This document shows, in pieces, positions 37,047 to 47,444 of a stretch of 64,000 bases of DNA. A program made the translations under genes and the position numbers. Position 1 is the stretch's first letter; every line of letters begins with the position of its first letter. Source of the DNA: Leptonemataceae bacterium (GTDB lineage Bacteria > Spirochaetota > Leptospiria > Leptospirales > Leptonemataceae). The notes beneath the pieces are model-generated. The model had not been told where the DNA came from and did not search any database. It was given only the letters and a program-made list of their open reading frames with translations. The DNA is taken from positions 4,160,001 through 4,224,000 of the forward strand of contig OZ245742.1 in the NCBI GenBank assembly GCA_965227295.1, read 5' to 3'.

Positions 37047-38813
37047 TCACAACGCCGACTCCACCGCCCGAATTCCCTGCTTCGCTTCGCCTTCCGCGTC
37101 ATGCAACGCATCTTTTAGAAGATCGTCCAGCGTGGCTTCAATGACGCCGAACAACGGCGCGTGCGGATTGTAACCGACTTCGTCCCAGACTTTGCAGAGT
37201 TTCGCGAAGGGATCCGCCTGCATGACGATGCTGTCGTTCGAAAAAACCATCACGTCTTTGCCGGCGTCGTAATGATTCCAGGCGGCGGCATCGGCGACGG
37301 GCCGGCCGGATTTCGCAAAGCTCGTCCAGTAGCCGCCCATGATGTCCGACATGCGATTCTCGGAAACGTTAAAGCCGCCGTCGACGGCGCCCGTGCTGTC
37401 GTCGGAGTTATGAAAGACGTACGGCAACTCCGAGCCGTGGCAGACCGCGTCCGCGCACTGCGGATACTGCGGCCAGGGATTGAACGCGGAGATGTAGTCG
37501 AACGTGTAGACAAAGTTACGCGCAGCCTGCCCCACTGCCGCTGAACGGTTGCCGCACTTAAACAGATAGTCCGTGGCGAGCCGCGCGAGGGTCGCGCTGT
37601 TGTCGCCTTTCACCGGCGGATACTGCTGCACAATGAGTTTGCGTTCGTTTTGATCGAAGAAAAGATTCAACACGAACTGATACTCGGCCTGCGTGATCGC
37701 TCCGATGACCTTCGTCGCCATGGCGATGAACAACACCGCCTCGTTCGCGTTCGAGCCCATCAACATGGGCACACGGAACTGAGCCTTGGAGATCGGCGGC
37801 GGGTTGTCCGTGATTACCCTGTGGTCGATGACCGGAGCCCAGATGACCGGCCCGGCAATGCCTTCGGTCAGCACCGGCAGGAGACCCACGAAATTCGTCT
37901 CGCCGCTAACAATTTCTTTTGTGGACTTAGAACGCAGGCACTCCGCGCGTGCGGCTCCCGGAATCGGACAGAGGTTCACCAGGCTGAAGGCCCGGCCGAG
38001 TTTATCGGCCTGCTGCGCATCTTTGTAGGCCAGCGCGATGGGATTGCTTTCCATGATTGCGAAACGAAACAGGCCCGCGCTACCCGGCGCGGTCGAGGCA
38101 TGCAACCCCACCGACATGGCCCCGGCGCTCTGGCCGAAGATGGTAACCTTGTCCGGACTGCCGCCGAAGGCACCGATGTTCCGTTGCACCCAGCGAAGCG
38201 CCAGTTGTTGATCCAGGAAACCGTAATTCCCCAATAGGCCGGCGTCCTTCACAAAGAGAAAACCCGAAGCACCGAGGCGATAATTCAGGTTCACGATGAT
38301 GATGTCGTGATGCGAGGCGAGGTAGGCGCCGTCGTACAGGGTCGTCTGCGCCGAGCCGGCCATGAAAAATCCGCCGTAAATGAAAACCATCACCGGCGTA
38401 TGCGGCTGCACATGCTCCGGCGTCCACACGTTGACGATGAGACAATCCTCGTCCATGGTCTTCGGATCGTAAGGTGCCTGCGGACAAATTTTACCCGGTC
38501 CCGTCGCATCGAAGACGCCTTCCCAGACGGCCTTCGGTTCCGGCGGCGCGAACCGCACCGGCTTTTCGGCGAAGGGAATGCCCGTGTACGCGTAGGCCTT
38601 GCGATCGCCGGAGTCCACGAGTTGCCCCTGGATCTTTCCGGCCGGCGCGGGAATGATGCCCTGATGCGCCGTCGTCTTCAGCGTCGGCAGATCGGCAACG
38701 GGAGCGGCGGCGTCATGCCCGGCAGGTTTGCACGCGAGAAGCAGCACGCTGCTCGTAAGCAGAGTGGAGGCTAACAGTAGCGTAACATTCGTTCGGAATG
38801 CTTTAATTTGCAT
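37047..38813 (-). CDS. Type-B carboxylesterase/lipase lipoprotein
   Basis: LLAC lipobox, EDCL, YGGFF, NYRLG, FGQSAG catalytic Ser, HGSEL. Confidence 0.92.
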   Translation of the reverse strand: MQIKAFRTNVTLLLASTLLTSSVLLLACKPAGHDAAAPVADLPTLKTTAHQGIIPAPAGKIQGQLVDSGDRKAYAYTGIPFAEKPVRFAPPEPKAVWEGVFDATGPGKICPQAPYDPKTMDEDCLIVNVWTPEHVQPHTPVMVFIYGGFFMAGSAQTTLYDGAYLASHHDIIIVNLNYRLGASGFLFVKDAGLLGNYGFLDQQLALRWVQRNIGAFGGSPDKVTIFGQSAGAMSVGLHASTAPGSAGLFRFAIMESNPIALAYKDAQQADKLGRAFSLVNLCPIPGAARAECLRSKSTKEIVSGETNFVGLLPVLTEGIAGPVIWAPVIDHRVITDNPPPISKAQFRVPMLMGSNANEAVLFIAMATKVIGAITQAEYQFVLNLFFDQNERKLIVQQYPPVKGDNSATLARLATDYLFKCGNRSAAVGQAARNFVYTFDYISAFNPWPQYPQCADAVCHGSELPYVFHNSDDSTGAVDGGFNVSENRMSDIMGGYWTSFAKSGRPVADAAAWNHYDAGKDVMVFSNDSIVMQADPFAKLCKVWDEVGYNPHAPLFGVIEATLDDLLKDALHDAEGEAKQGIRAVESAL

Positions 38814-38864
38814 AGGGCTCTTAACTTACGGAAAGCCGGGGTGAACGCAAGCGGAATTCTTCGA

Positions 38865-40266
38865 AATCAAGAGCCGCGAATCCGAACCCGCTCCGCCCCA
38901 CGGATTGAGCGGGGCTCCGGGTGCGGATTCGCTTGCTGGATCTTTACGATGAAGACGCCGTTCCGGTCCGCCGAACCACGATCCCCGGCACAACCTCCGC
39001 ACGTCAGCTGGAACCGGCTGTACCCATAATAGTGTTAATCCAAACTGGCCTTAACTTACACCACGATTCGGGCCTAAGCGAACGAATAAAACGCTTCCGG
39101 TAGTTCAAGAGCTGTGCCCCGCGGCGGTTGCCGTGAAAATACGATATAAGTTGCGCAATGTTGAAGGGGTTCTTTTTGCTACGGCTTAGCGGGAGTTGTG
39201 GAGTTTCGTTTTGCAAAGCACGCTGCGTTCGACCCGGACGTCGCTTTGCAAGTCAACTACCGGACGTTTCTTGCGGCGAAGACGCCGTTCCGGTGCGCCT
39301 TACCAAATTCCCCGGCATGACCTCCGTTCATCTGCTGGAACCAGCCGTACCCAAAAAGTACACTGGCCGCCACTTACACTACGATTCGGGGCGTCCGCGA
39401 ACAACCCGCGCGTTTCCGGTAGTTCAAGAGCCGCGGTTCGTTGCGATTGCCGTGAGGAACATGAAGTAAGTTGTGCAACGGTGAAGGGGTTGTTATGGCT
39501 ACGGCGAAGCGGGAGTTGTGGTATGTCGTTTTGTTAAGACAGTCCGCATCGACCCGGACGTCGGTTGTGCGACTTCTCTATCGTATCGTTTCTTACGGCG
39601 AAGACGCCGTTCCGGTCCGCCTCACCATGCTCCCCGGCATGACCTCCGCCCGTCAGCTGGAACCAGCTGTACCCATAAAAGGCTTAATGTACACTGGCCG
39701 CTACTTACACTACGATTCTGGGCGTGCGTGAGCTACCCGAACGTTTCCGGTAGTTCAAGAGCCGCGGTTCGTTGCGATCGCCGTGAGAAACATGACGTAA
39801 GTTGCGCAACGGTGAAGGGGTTGTTATGGCTACGGCGAAGCGGGAGTTGTGGTATGTCGTTTTGTTAAGACAGTCCGCATCGACCCGGACGTCGGTTGTG
39901 CGACTTCTCTATCGTATCGTTTCTTACGGCGAAGACGCCGTTCCGGTCCGCCTCACCATGCTCCCCGGCATGACCTCCGCCCGTCAGCTGGAACCAGCTG
40001 TACCCATAAAAGGCTTAATGTACACTGGCCGCTACTTACCTCACGATTCAGGGCGTGTGCGAATAATCAAAACATTTCCGGCATTCAAGAGCCGCGGTTT
40101 ATGCACGCCGCCGTGAACATCAAAGCGTAAGTCGTGTAATAGTAGCGGTATCTTTTGGTTACGGCTCTTCGGAGTTGTGGAAATTCGTTTTGCAAAGAAC
40201 GTTCACTTCGACCCGGACGTCGACTTACGACTCTGCTACCGAAGCGTCTCTGACGGCGAAGACCGC
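38865..40266 (+). repeat. Tandem array of ~322-331-bp non-coding units (4 full plus flanking partial copies); candidate structured ncRNA array
   Basis: Anchor GAAGACGCCGTTCCGGT at 38951, 39278, 39600, 39931, degenerate at 40258; nested inverted repeats with G-U pairs on + strand. Confidence 0.9.
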
Positions 40267-40307
40267 ATCAGCTTACACTGACCTTCATTTACTCTACAAT
40301 CCCAACC

Positions 40308-42032
40308 CTACCCCAACAACCCAATCTTCTCCCGTGCATCCTTAAACGTCGGATCAACTTCCAGCACGCGATGGTACTGCCTTAACGCCTCATCGAACCG
40401 GGACGCGCGTTCGTAAATCAAGCCCAGGTTAAATAGCAACGTCGGCGAATCCGGAAACAAACGCAACAGCCGACCGTAGATCGCCTCGGCCCGATCGAAA
40501 CGTTCTTCGCGTATCATCAATTCACTGCGCGCATGCAACAAAGCGGGGTGCGCGCCGCCGGCGTTACGTAAGAAGCGGCCCGCCGCGTCGAACTCGTGTT
40601 GATCGAACAATTGCAAACCGAAGAACGCGCGCGCGGCCAGGCAGCGCCCGGCCATGGCTTCGAACTGCGGACGCACCGCCCCGCTCAGGCGGTCGGCGTA
40701 CTGCTCGAACGTACGCAACAAAGTCTTAAAATAAAAGGCCGCCCGTTCGTAATCGCGCGGGCCGTCCCCGCGTAAATTGGAGACGATCTCCTTAAAAATC
40801 CGAAAACGTTCCTGCATGAGACGCGGGTCGTGGCCGCCGCCGCTGATCTTCGCCGCGGCTTCCAGAAAGTAATGGTTCTCCACAAGATCGCCGCGCTCTT
40901 CGTGATCGGGACCGAGCACCGGCGGATGACCGTTGCGCGCCACTTCCAACGCCGTGCGAAAACGATAGCGCAACTCTTCCGGCGGCAACAAGAGATCCTG
41001 CTTATCCGCCATGGCCTTTTGCAACAAACGCTCTTCGCGTTCGTGGGCGCCCAGGCGATGAATGCAGTACACCGTTTCGAAGTACGCCGAACGCCCCGGC
41101 CACACCGAAAACTCCTGGAGTCGCCGCAGATAGTGCACGTACTTACCGTTGATCAAATAAGCGTTCAACACTAATCGCGACAGATAAGCTTTTTCCCCCA
41201 TGAACTTAGCGTGTCGCAACAGCAGACGGTTCGCCCGGAACAGCTTGCCGCGCATCTGGAGGTTCGCGTAGAGGTCCAGCAGATCGTCCTCGTCCACCGG
41301 CGGATTCTTCGCCATGCGGCGAATCACGTAGGCTTCCGTCTCCGTGTCGCCGGTGTAGGCCGCTTCGAGCCAGAGCAAACGCTTTACCGAAGGTCCGCCG
41401 TCGTGGCCGGCCGCGGCCCCGCCGCCCGGCACGGCCTCCGGATCGTCGTGAGCCCCCGGGCGTTTGCGCCCGCGCAAAATTTCATAACAATAATCAAAAT
41501 ACGGATCGTCGTGGCCCACCGAACGCGCGTAAAAATCCGCGGCCAGCGGGCGCTCCGGATGTTCGCAGGCCGAAAGCAGCGCCGCCGTCCGGTACACCGC
41601 GTCCCATTCGCAACCGTGCGCACGCAGGTGTTCGGCCAGGCTGAAGACCCACTGCGACCTCCCGGTCCAGATGGCGAAATGAATCAACGCGACGATGATG
41701 CGCCGGTCGATCTCGTGCCGGCCGTCGGTGGGATCTTCGAACGGCTTGCGCAAGTAGCAACGATATAGCTCGGGCATGAGCTCGCGCGCGCGGCGCCGGG
41801 CCTGGGGATGTAAGATGAACCGCGCCTTCCAGAACACGAAGGCGAAGCGATCCGGCAACGGCCGACCGGAGACGCCCGGGCGGAAGATGCGCTCCATGAG
41901 GATGTCACGATGCGTCAGATTTTCCAGTTGATCGTGGAACAGCGCCCGATAGTAATCATAGGTCTTTGCGTACCGCGCTGCGTCCGGATTCAGACGCAGG
42001 TGGTGACGGGGTTGGGTATTCGCAGAAGCCAT
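40308..42032 (-). CDS. Tetratricopeptide repeat protein
   Basis: C-terminal TPRs (FPDSPTLLFNLGLIY...ALRQYHRVLEVDP). Confidence 0.75.
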   Translation of the reverse strand: MASANTQPRHHLRLNPDAARYAKTYDYYRALFHDQLENLTHRDILMERIFRPGVSGRPLPDRFAFVFWKARFILHPQARRRARELMPELYRCYLRKPFEDPTDGRHEIDRRIIVALIHFAIWTGRSQWVFSLAEHLRAHGCEWDAVYRTAALLSACEHPERPLAADFYARSVGHDDPYFDYCYEILRGRKRPGAHDDPEAVPGGGAAAGHDGGPSVKRLLWLEAAYTGDTETEAYVIRRMAKNPPVDEDDLLDLYANLQMRGKLFRANRLLLRHAKFMGEKAYLSRLVLNAYLINGKYVHYLRRLQEFSVWPGRSAYFETVYCIHRLGAHEREERLLQKAMADKQDLLLPPEELRYRFRTALEVARNGHPPVLGPDHEERGDLVENHYFLEAAAKISGGGHDPRLMQERFRIFKEIVSNLRGDGPRDYERAAFYFKTLLRTFEQYADRLSGAVRPQFEAMAGRCLAARAFFGLQLFDQHEFDAAGRFLRNAGGAHPALLHARSELMIREERFDRAEAIYGRLLRLFPDSPTLLFNLGLIYERASRFDEALRQYHRVLEVDPTFKDAREKIGLLG

Positions 42033-42107
42033 CTTATGTATAGTATCGAAACACCGGCGGAATCTGTTTTACAAAAATCCCGCCCCATTCCCCGCTTTCC
42101 AGAAATT

Positions 42108-44450
42108 ATGTCCACTTATATGCACCGCGCGCTGCCCCTGCTGCTCGTCCTCATCTTACTGAACCCCACCGGCGCCGGGGCCGACCAGGCCCAGGGCTAC
42201 GACGTCTATCGCTTCATGCAGACCGATCGCTGGGATGATCTGCGCGCGCACTTCCAGCGCTACCGCCCCCGCACGCGTACCGAGTACTACGCCCTGGCCG
42301 AGTCCATCTTCCGCACCAATCCGCCGCGGCGGGGCAGCCTCAGCAAAGACCAGGCCCAGGGCTACGCGGCCTTCTTTCAAATATTAGGCTCGAACTGCCA
42401 GGCCTCCAGTGCCGCGGCCTTCGAGGCCTGTCTGGAAGACATTCGCGAGGAGTCGTTGGATGATTTTATGCAGCGCCTGGCGATCTGGAAGGCCGCGGAG
42501 TACGCGGACAAACAGGGCTACGTGAGCCTGGCCTCGTCTCTCCAGGCCCGCGCGAACCTGTCAAAAAACGATCCTCTTTCGGAAAAAATATTCACCGACC
42601 GCCTGGCCACGTACGTACAGTCCGGGCAGTTTTCCGCGGCCCGCGCCCTGGCCGATCGTTACGAGGAACTCCAGGGCCCGTCGGCGAATCTCTATCGCGC
42701 CCGGGCCCTGGTAAAATCTCCCGGCACTACCACCGACGCCGGGGGCAACACCGTCAGCGATCGCGACCGCGCGCTCGGGCTGTACTTCCAGGCCATGCGC
42801 GACACCACCGTCACCTGGCTCGAACGCGCCATCGCCCAGGACGTCATGCGCAACTATCCCGGGTTGTTTACGACGGCGTCGCTGGCTTCCAACAATCCGG
42901 CGAACCGCGAAATCGTCCAGCTCGCGGAGTACATGCCGGCCGGCGAACTGCGAGCACTCCGCCGCGGCATCACGCCGCCGGAACTGGTGCGCACGACCAC
43001 GGCGGAACGCGTGCGCGGCGACGGGCTCTATCTCATCGCCGCCGGGGACGAACACTCCCTCATCTCCCTCGCGAACGCGGCCTATACGCATCTCTCGCAT
43101 TCGCCGGAGATCCTGCGCGAATGGGCCTACGCGCTCCGCCGCAAACGCGAGAACGGCGTGGCCTACGGACTTCTCACCGAGTTCAAACACGTGCGCGCGC
43201 AGTCGCCGTCGCTGTGGCAGGTGTACCTGGACCTGGTCGAAGAGCGCGATCGTAAACTTTATTTCAACGAACTCTTAGAGTACAACGCGCGCTACCACGC
43301 CCACTTCTCCACGGCGGATCGCCTCATCGCCATGCTCATCGGCGAAAGCGCTTCCAACATCAACTGGGCGCCGGACGAACTCTGGAACGAAGCGCGCCAG
43401 AAGCTGCCCGATCAAACGGGCAAGGGTCGCTTCGTCTACTGGCTCAAGCGTTACTATCTTCACAAGAACAACACCGCGGGCATCGAGGATCTCAAAGAGA
43501 ACTTCTACGCCATGGCCCCGGGTTCGTTCTATGCCGGGGCGTTCTGGGAGGACTTCGTCGAGGAATCGAAGGGCGGCGATTTCGCCCGGGACTGGCAGCA
43601 GGTCAACGACCGCCGCAGTTATTTGCAGTGGGTCGGCCGCCACGGCGGCAACGACCAGGCCGTGTTGTTTCTGCGCCGCCGCAACCTCACGCGTTTCCAC
43701 GATCCGCAGGCCCTATATTTATGGAAGGACTTCCAGTCCGGCCGCTATCGTGCGCCGGAGGACATCCAGCATCTGCACCGCCTGGGCGAACTCACGCTGG
43801 GCTCCGAATTCTTCGAGCACTACTACGACGGTAAGGTTTCACACCGCGAACGTTTAGCGCGGCGCGCGTACCTCGGCGACCGGGCGAACTGGTTGCATCA
43901 TTCGGTCTACTTCACCCGCCAGCTCGCGCGGGACATGGGCGTGCCCGAGGATCCCTTCTCCATGCCGGAGGGATTATTGAAAGCGCTCTATCCCCGCCCG
44001 TACTACGACCTGGTTTCGAAGTACTCGCAGGATTACAACATCTCTTCGAACGCGGTCTACGCCCTAATGCGCCAGGAAAGTATGTTTAGAGAGCAGGCCA
44101 TCTCACGCTCCGGTGCCCGGGGGCTCATGCAAATCATGCCCGCCACCGGCAAGTGGCTCGCCGGCAAAATGAACATCCGCAATCCCGATCTCATGGAACC
44201 GGACGTAAACATCAACATGGGCGCGAAGTTCATGTCGGACCTGGTGCGTTCCACCGGTAACTTTCGCTGGGCGAGCATTGCGTACAACGGCGGCCCGGGG
44301 AATCTGCGCCGCTGGAAAGCCGCCTACTACAAGGACGACTTTTACTTTTTCCTCGAGAACCTGCCGAAAGAAGAACCCCGCAACTACTGCCGCGTCACGT
44401 TTCAAAACTACATGCACTACAAAACGACGTATGCTTTGTATCCGGAGTAA
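42108..44450 (+). CDS. Soluble lytic murein transglycosylase (Slt-like)
   Basis: Signal peptide; C-terminal LYPRPY, ALMRQES, GARGLMQIMP, AYNGGPG; start moved to ATG 42108. Confidence 0.88.
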   Translation: MSTYMHRALPLLLVLILLNPTGAGADQAQGYDVYRFMQTDRWDDLRAHFQRYRPRTRTEYYALAESIFRTNPPRRGSLSKDQAQGYAAFFQILGSNCQASSAAAFEACLEDIREESLDDFMQRLAIWKAAEYADKQGYVSLASSLQARANLSKNDPLSEKIFTDRLATYVQSGQFSAARALADRYEELQGPSANLYRARALVKSPGTTTDAGGNTVSDRDRALGLYFQAMRDTTVTWLERAIAQDVMRNYPGLFTTASLASNNPANREIVQLAEYMPAGELRALRRGITPPELVRTTTAERVRGDGLYLIAAGDEHSLISLANAAYTHLSHSPEILREWAYALRRKRENGVAYGLLTEFKHVRAQSPSLWQVYLDLVEERDRKLYFNELLEYNARYHAHFSTADRLIAMLIGESASNINWAPDELWNEARQKLPDQTGKGRFVYWLKRYYLHKNNTAGIEDLKENFYAMAPGSFYAGAFWEDFVEESKGGDFARDWQQVNDRRSYLQWVGRHGGNDQAVLFLRRRNLTRFHDPQALYLWKDFQSGRYRAPEDIQHLHRLGELTLGSEFFEHYYDGKVSHRERLARRAYLGDRANWLHHSVYFTRQLARDMGVPEDPFSMPEGLLKALYPRPYYDLVSKYSQDYNISSNAVYALMRQESMFREQAISRSGARGLMQIMPATGKWLAGKMNIRNPDLMEPDVNINMGAKFMSDLVRSTGNFRWASIAYNGGPGNLRRWKAAYYKDDFYFFLENLPKEEPRNYCRVTFQNYMHYKTTYALYPE

Positions 44451-44501
44451 GATCCGGGTAACCGAACCGGAATAACGGCACGTGCGGGGACTCTCATTCT
44501 T

Positions 44502-44781
44502 GCGTTAGCGATCCGGAGGGTGGGCCGAAGGCCCAGTCTCAGCCGTCTTCGGCTGAGACCGCAGCGAGAGCGGAGCCCGGAGGAGCGCGACCCGGAGCGA
44601 AGCGCAGGGGAACGCCCTTACAAATATTACATTATTCAAAGCTAACATAATAATTTCCGGCTGAATGTTGGGATGCCCGAAACTCTTTTTTGGGCGCGTC
44701 GCCTGCGGCGACCGCGCTTTCCGGGGCTCCGCCTTACGGCTACGGTCCTCCGGGCTTCGCCCTCCGGACGCGCGCTAACGC
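44502..44781. repeat. Inverted pair of palindromic REP-like elements (GCGTTAG family)
   Basis: 44502-44617 (+) and 44692-44781 (-) both read GCGTTAGCG..TCCGGAGGG...GACCG.AGC...GCGGAGCCC; internal hairpins such as TGGGCCGAAGGCCCA and GTCTCAGCCG-TCTT-CGGCTGAGAC. Confidence 0.7.
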
Positions 44782-44879
44782 GCGCCCCCTCCAATCGCTC
44801 GCGCGAAGAAATTTGCTGTAAAACGGCGAAAGTAATCGCATGATTACGGGATGGTGATGATAATGCTATCTTTCTGCCG

Positions 44880-45733
44880 ATGATCGGCTTCAACCCATTG
44901 AACATTGCAGTTAAGAAAGACTTCTACAAACTTGAGCTTCTGTCAGATATTGAAAAACAATTTCTCGTGCGCTGGATTGAGACAATGTCACCAGTCAACC
45001 GCGCGCTTCACCATAATTGGATAAAAATATTCACGGCTCCTTTTGACTGGATAGACATATTACGGAGCAAGAATACTCTGCAACGAGTGACTTGTATAAA
45101 GCGGCGGAGGCGTCTGCAAACAACATGGAAGAAGATACATTGGAACGTATCGAGGGTTCCGCGATTAGCTTGCTCAAATGCTTAGGATTAAGCCACTGTA
45201 ATTTATTCATGTCTGATGAAAACTTTCGGTTCAATTTTCTCTATTTCTTGGCTTGGCAGTATTTCCGAACTTACAATATGCACCAACGAATCGTGGAAAA
45301 AATACCAACCATGTCCAGTGAGGTTCTTACAGCGGCAGTATGGCCCGTACTTCGACAAATGATTTCAGTAGAACTGGGCATGAGGCTCAGTGCCGTACCC
45401 CTGAGAATATCTTTACTACACAATCCGCACAACATCCCATTTCTTACATCTGACCAGCCCGTCGTGAATATCGCTGCGACTGAAGATGAGGAGCCAGAGG
45501 ACTTAGAACTGTATTATCCACTATCTCCTCATCTGGCCCTGCTTGTCGCTCCCGCTCAAAATGGCTTAGAAACAACAGAGAACCGAGAGATGTCCGAGTT
45601 TCAAACTGAAATATTTAACAATCACCTTATTCGCCGTTCCCACCAACAATTATACTGCAATCCTGAGGCAGCCAAAGTCTTGGAGGGTCTCTCGGTGCGG
45701 AAACGGGACTTCGGTTCGGAGTCGCAGTCCTAA
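44880..45733 (+). pseudogene. DUF4238-family gene, frameshifted and 5'-decayed
   Basis: ORF 44880-45185 has NIAVKKDFY; overlapping ORF 45092-45733 has QYFRT, FLTSDQPV, YYPLSP; N-terminal HYVP-type motif not seen; lower GC. Confidence 0.65.
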
Positions 45734-45871
45734 GGATCCACGACACGTCCCTGAGTGCCACAGTCACCCTCTCGACCTCTCATCCTCCCGCGAAAATCTT
45801 CCCCCGGTGTCCTCGGTGTCTCGGAGGTTCAATTGACACTCAGGCCGCTCCCGAACTCCCTGTCTCAGTCC

Positions 45872-47443
45872 ATGCCCGTCCAGTTCTACAACAGCCTTGC
45901 CGACGAGAAGCAACCGTTTGAACCCGCCGACCCCGCGCGGGTGAAGATCTATAGCTGCGGGCCCACCGTGTACAACTACAATCACCTGGGCAACTTCCGC
46001 GCGTACGTCTTCGTCGATTTACTGCGCCGCTATCTCCTGTTCCGTGGTTACGGCCTCGAACAGACCATGAACATCACCGACGTCGAGGACAAGATCATCA
46101 AAGGCGCGCTGGACGCGGGCCGCTCCATCGACGAATTCACAAAGCCGTACATCGACGCCTTCTTAGAAGACCTGGCGTTCCTGAACATCCAGGACCTGGA
46201 ACACCGGCCGCGGGCCACACGCAGCATCGACGCCATGATCGACATCATGCAACGCCTGGACGAGAACGGCCACGTATACACCCGCGACGGCAACGTGTAC
46301 TTTCGATTAAAAACGTTCACCGATTACGGGCGCCTGTCAAAAATCGAAGCCGAACAGTTGCAGACGGCGGCAGACGGTCGCTTCGAAGCGGACGAATACA
46401 CCAAAGAAGACGTCCGCGACTTCGCGCTCTGGAAGGCGCCGCAGCTCGACAACGAACCCGCCTGGGATTCGCCCTTCGGCCCGGGCCGACCGGGCTGGCA
46501 CTTAGAATGCTCCGCCATGATCCGCGACGTCTACGGCCAGGCCGGCGTCGACATACACACCGGCGGCATCGATCTCTTGTTCCCGCATCACGAAAACGAA
46601 CTGGCGCAAAGCGCCTGCGCCTACCCCGGCGACAACTTCGTTCGCTACTGGATGCACAACGAACATCTGCTCGTCGACGGCAAGAAGATGTCCAAGTCCG
46701 AGCGGAACTACTTTCTCCTGCGCGACTTCAGCGACAACGAACGACTGCAGGCCCTGGTCAACGACGGCATTGCCCCGGACTTCCTGCTGAAGCTCAAAGA
46801 ACGCGGGCGCCTCGGTGTTTGCCTGCGGCATTTGCTGATCGGCACGCACTATCGCCAGAAGCTCAACTTCACGTTCACCGGCATCCAGGCCGCGGACGCC
46901 GCCCTGGGGCGTATTCAAAATATGATCGCCCGCCTCAAGGAAGAGAGCGGCTGGTCCGCCGCCGACATCCGCCGGGCCGGCGAGGACCACGCCGCGAAAG
47001 AACGCGAGCGCGGCCCCGGCGCCGAACCGCTGTTTCCGAACGAGGACTCACCGACGTCGGCGGCGGAGCAGGCCCACGCCGCCTTCACGGCGGCCCTGGA
47101 CGACGACCTGAACGTTGCGCGAGCCTTCGCCGCCCTCTTCGATCTCGCCCGCGAAAGCACGCGCAACTTAGAAGGCCTGGGCACGGCCTTCGCGGAGCGC
47201 GCCCTCATCTTCCTGCACCAGGCCGACGCCGTCCTCGGCATCCTGGATTTTTCCGAGCAGGCCGACGCGGCCCCCGGCATCGACGCGGTGGATGCGGATC
47301 GCATTGAACGGCTCATTCAGGAACGCAAAGACGCGCGCGCGAACAAGGACTTCGCCCTGGCCGACCGCATCCGCGACGAATTGAAAGATGAAGGCATCAT
47401 TCTGAAAGACAGCCCGGAAGGAACCACCTGGGAAGTGGAGTAG
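45872..47443 (+). CDS. cysS: Cysteine--tRNA ligase
   Basis: CGPTVY..HLGN, DFALWK, GRPGWHLECS, FPHHENE, KMSKS, ADRIRDEL; start moved to ATG 45872. Confidence 0.95.
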   Translation: MPVQFYNSLADEKQPFEPADPARVKIYSCGPTVYNYNHLGNFRAYVFVDLLRRYLLFRGYGLEQTMNITDVEDKIIKGALDAGRSIDEFTKPYIDAFLEDLAFLNIQDLEHRPRATRSIDAMIDIMQRLDENGHVYTRDGNVYFRLKTFTDYGRLSKIEAEQLQTAADGRFEADEYTKEDVRDFALWKAPQLDNEPAWDSPFGPGRPGWHLECSAMIRDVYGQAGVDIHTGGIDLLFPHHENELAQSACAYPGDNFVRYWMHNEHLLVDGKKMSKSERNYFLLRDFSDNERLQALVNDGIAPDFLLKLKERGRLGVCLRHLLIGTHYRQKLNFTFTGIQAADAALGRIQNMIARLKEESGWSAADIRRAGEDHAAKERERGPGAEPLFPNEDSPTSAAEQAHAAFTAALDDDLNVARAFAALFDLARESTRNLEGLGTAFAERALIFLHQADAVLGILDFSEQADAAPGIDAVDADRIERLIQERKDARANKDFALADRIRDELKDEGIILKDSPEGTTWEVE

Positions 47444-47444
47444 C

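Noticed and set aside
38921..40130. Short ORFs in the tandem array (e.g. GEDAVPVRLTMLPG…) as a repeat-protein family
   Set aside because: Unit lengths 322 and 331 break frame, stops differ between copies, and substitutions fit base-pairing better than codon conservation
38865..40266. CRISPR array or integron attC cassette array
   Set aside because: Whole units are homologous with no unique spacers or cassette ORFs; no cas gene or integrase; no clear RYYYAAC/GTTRRRY ends
46720..46810. Insertion after KMSKS in CysS (and a central insertion in RecJ) as inteins
   Set aside because: Too short or lacking intein terminal motifs; more likely lineage-specific loops
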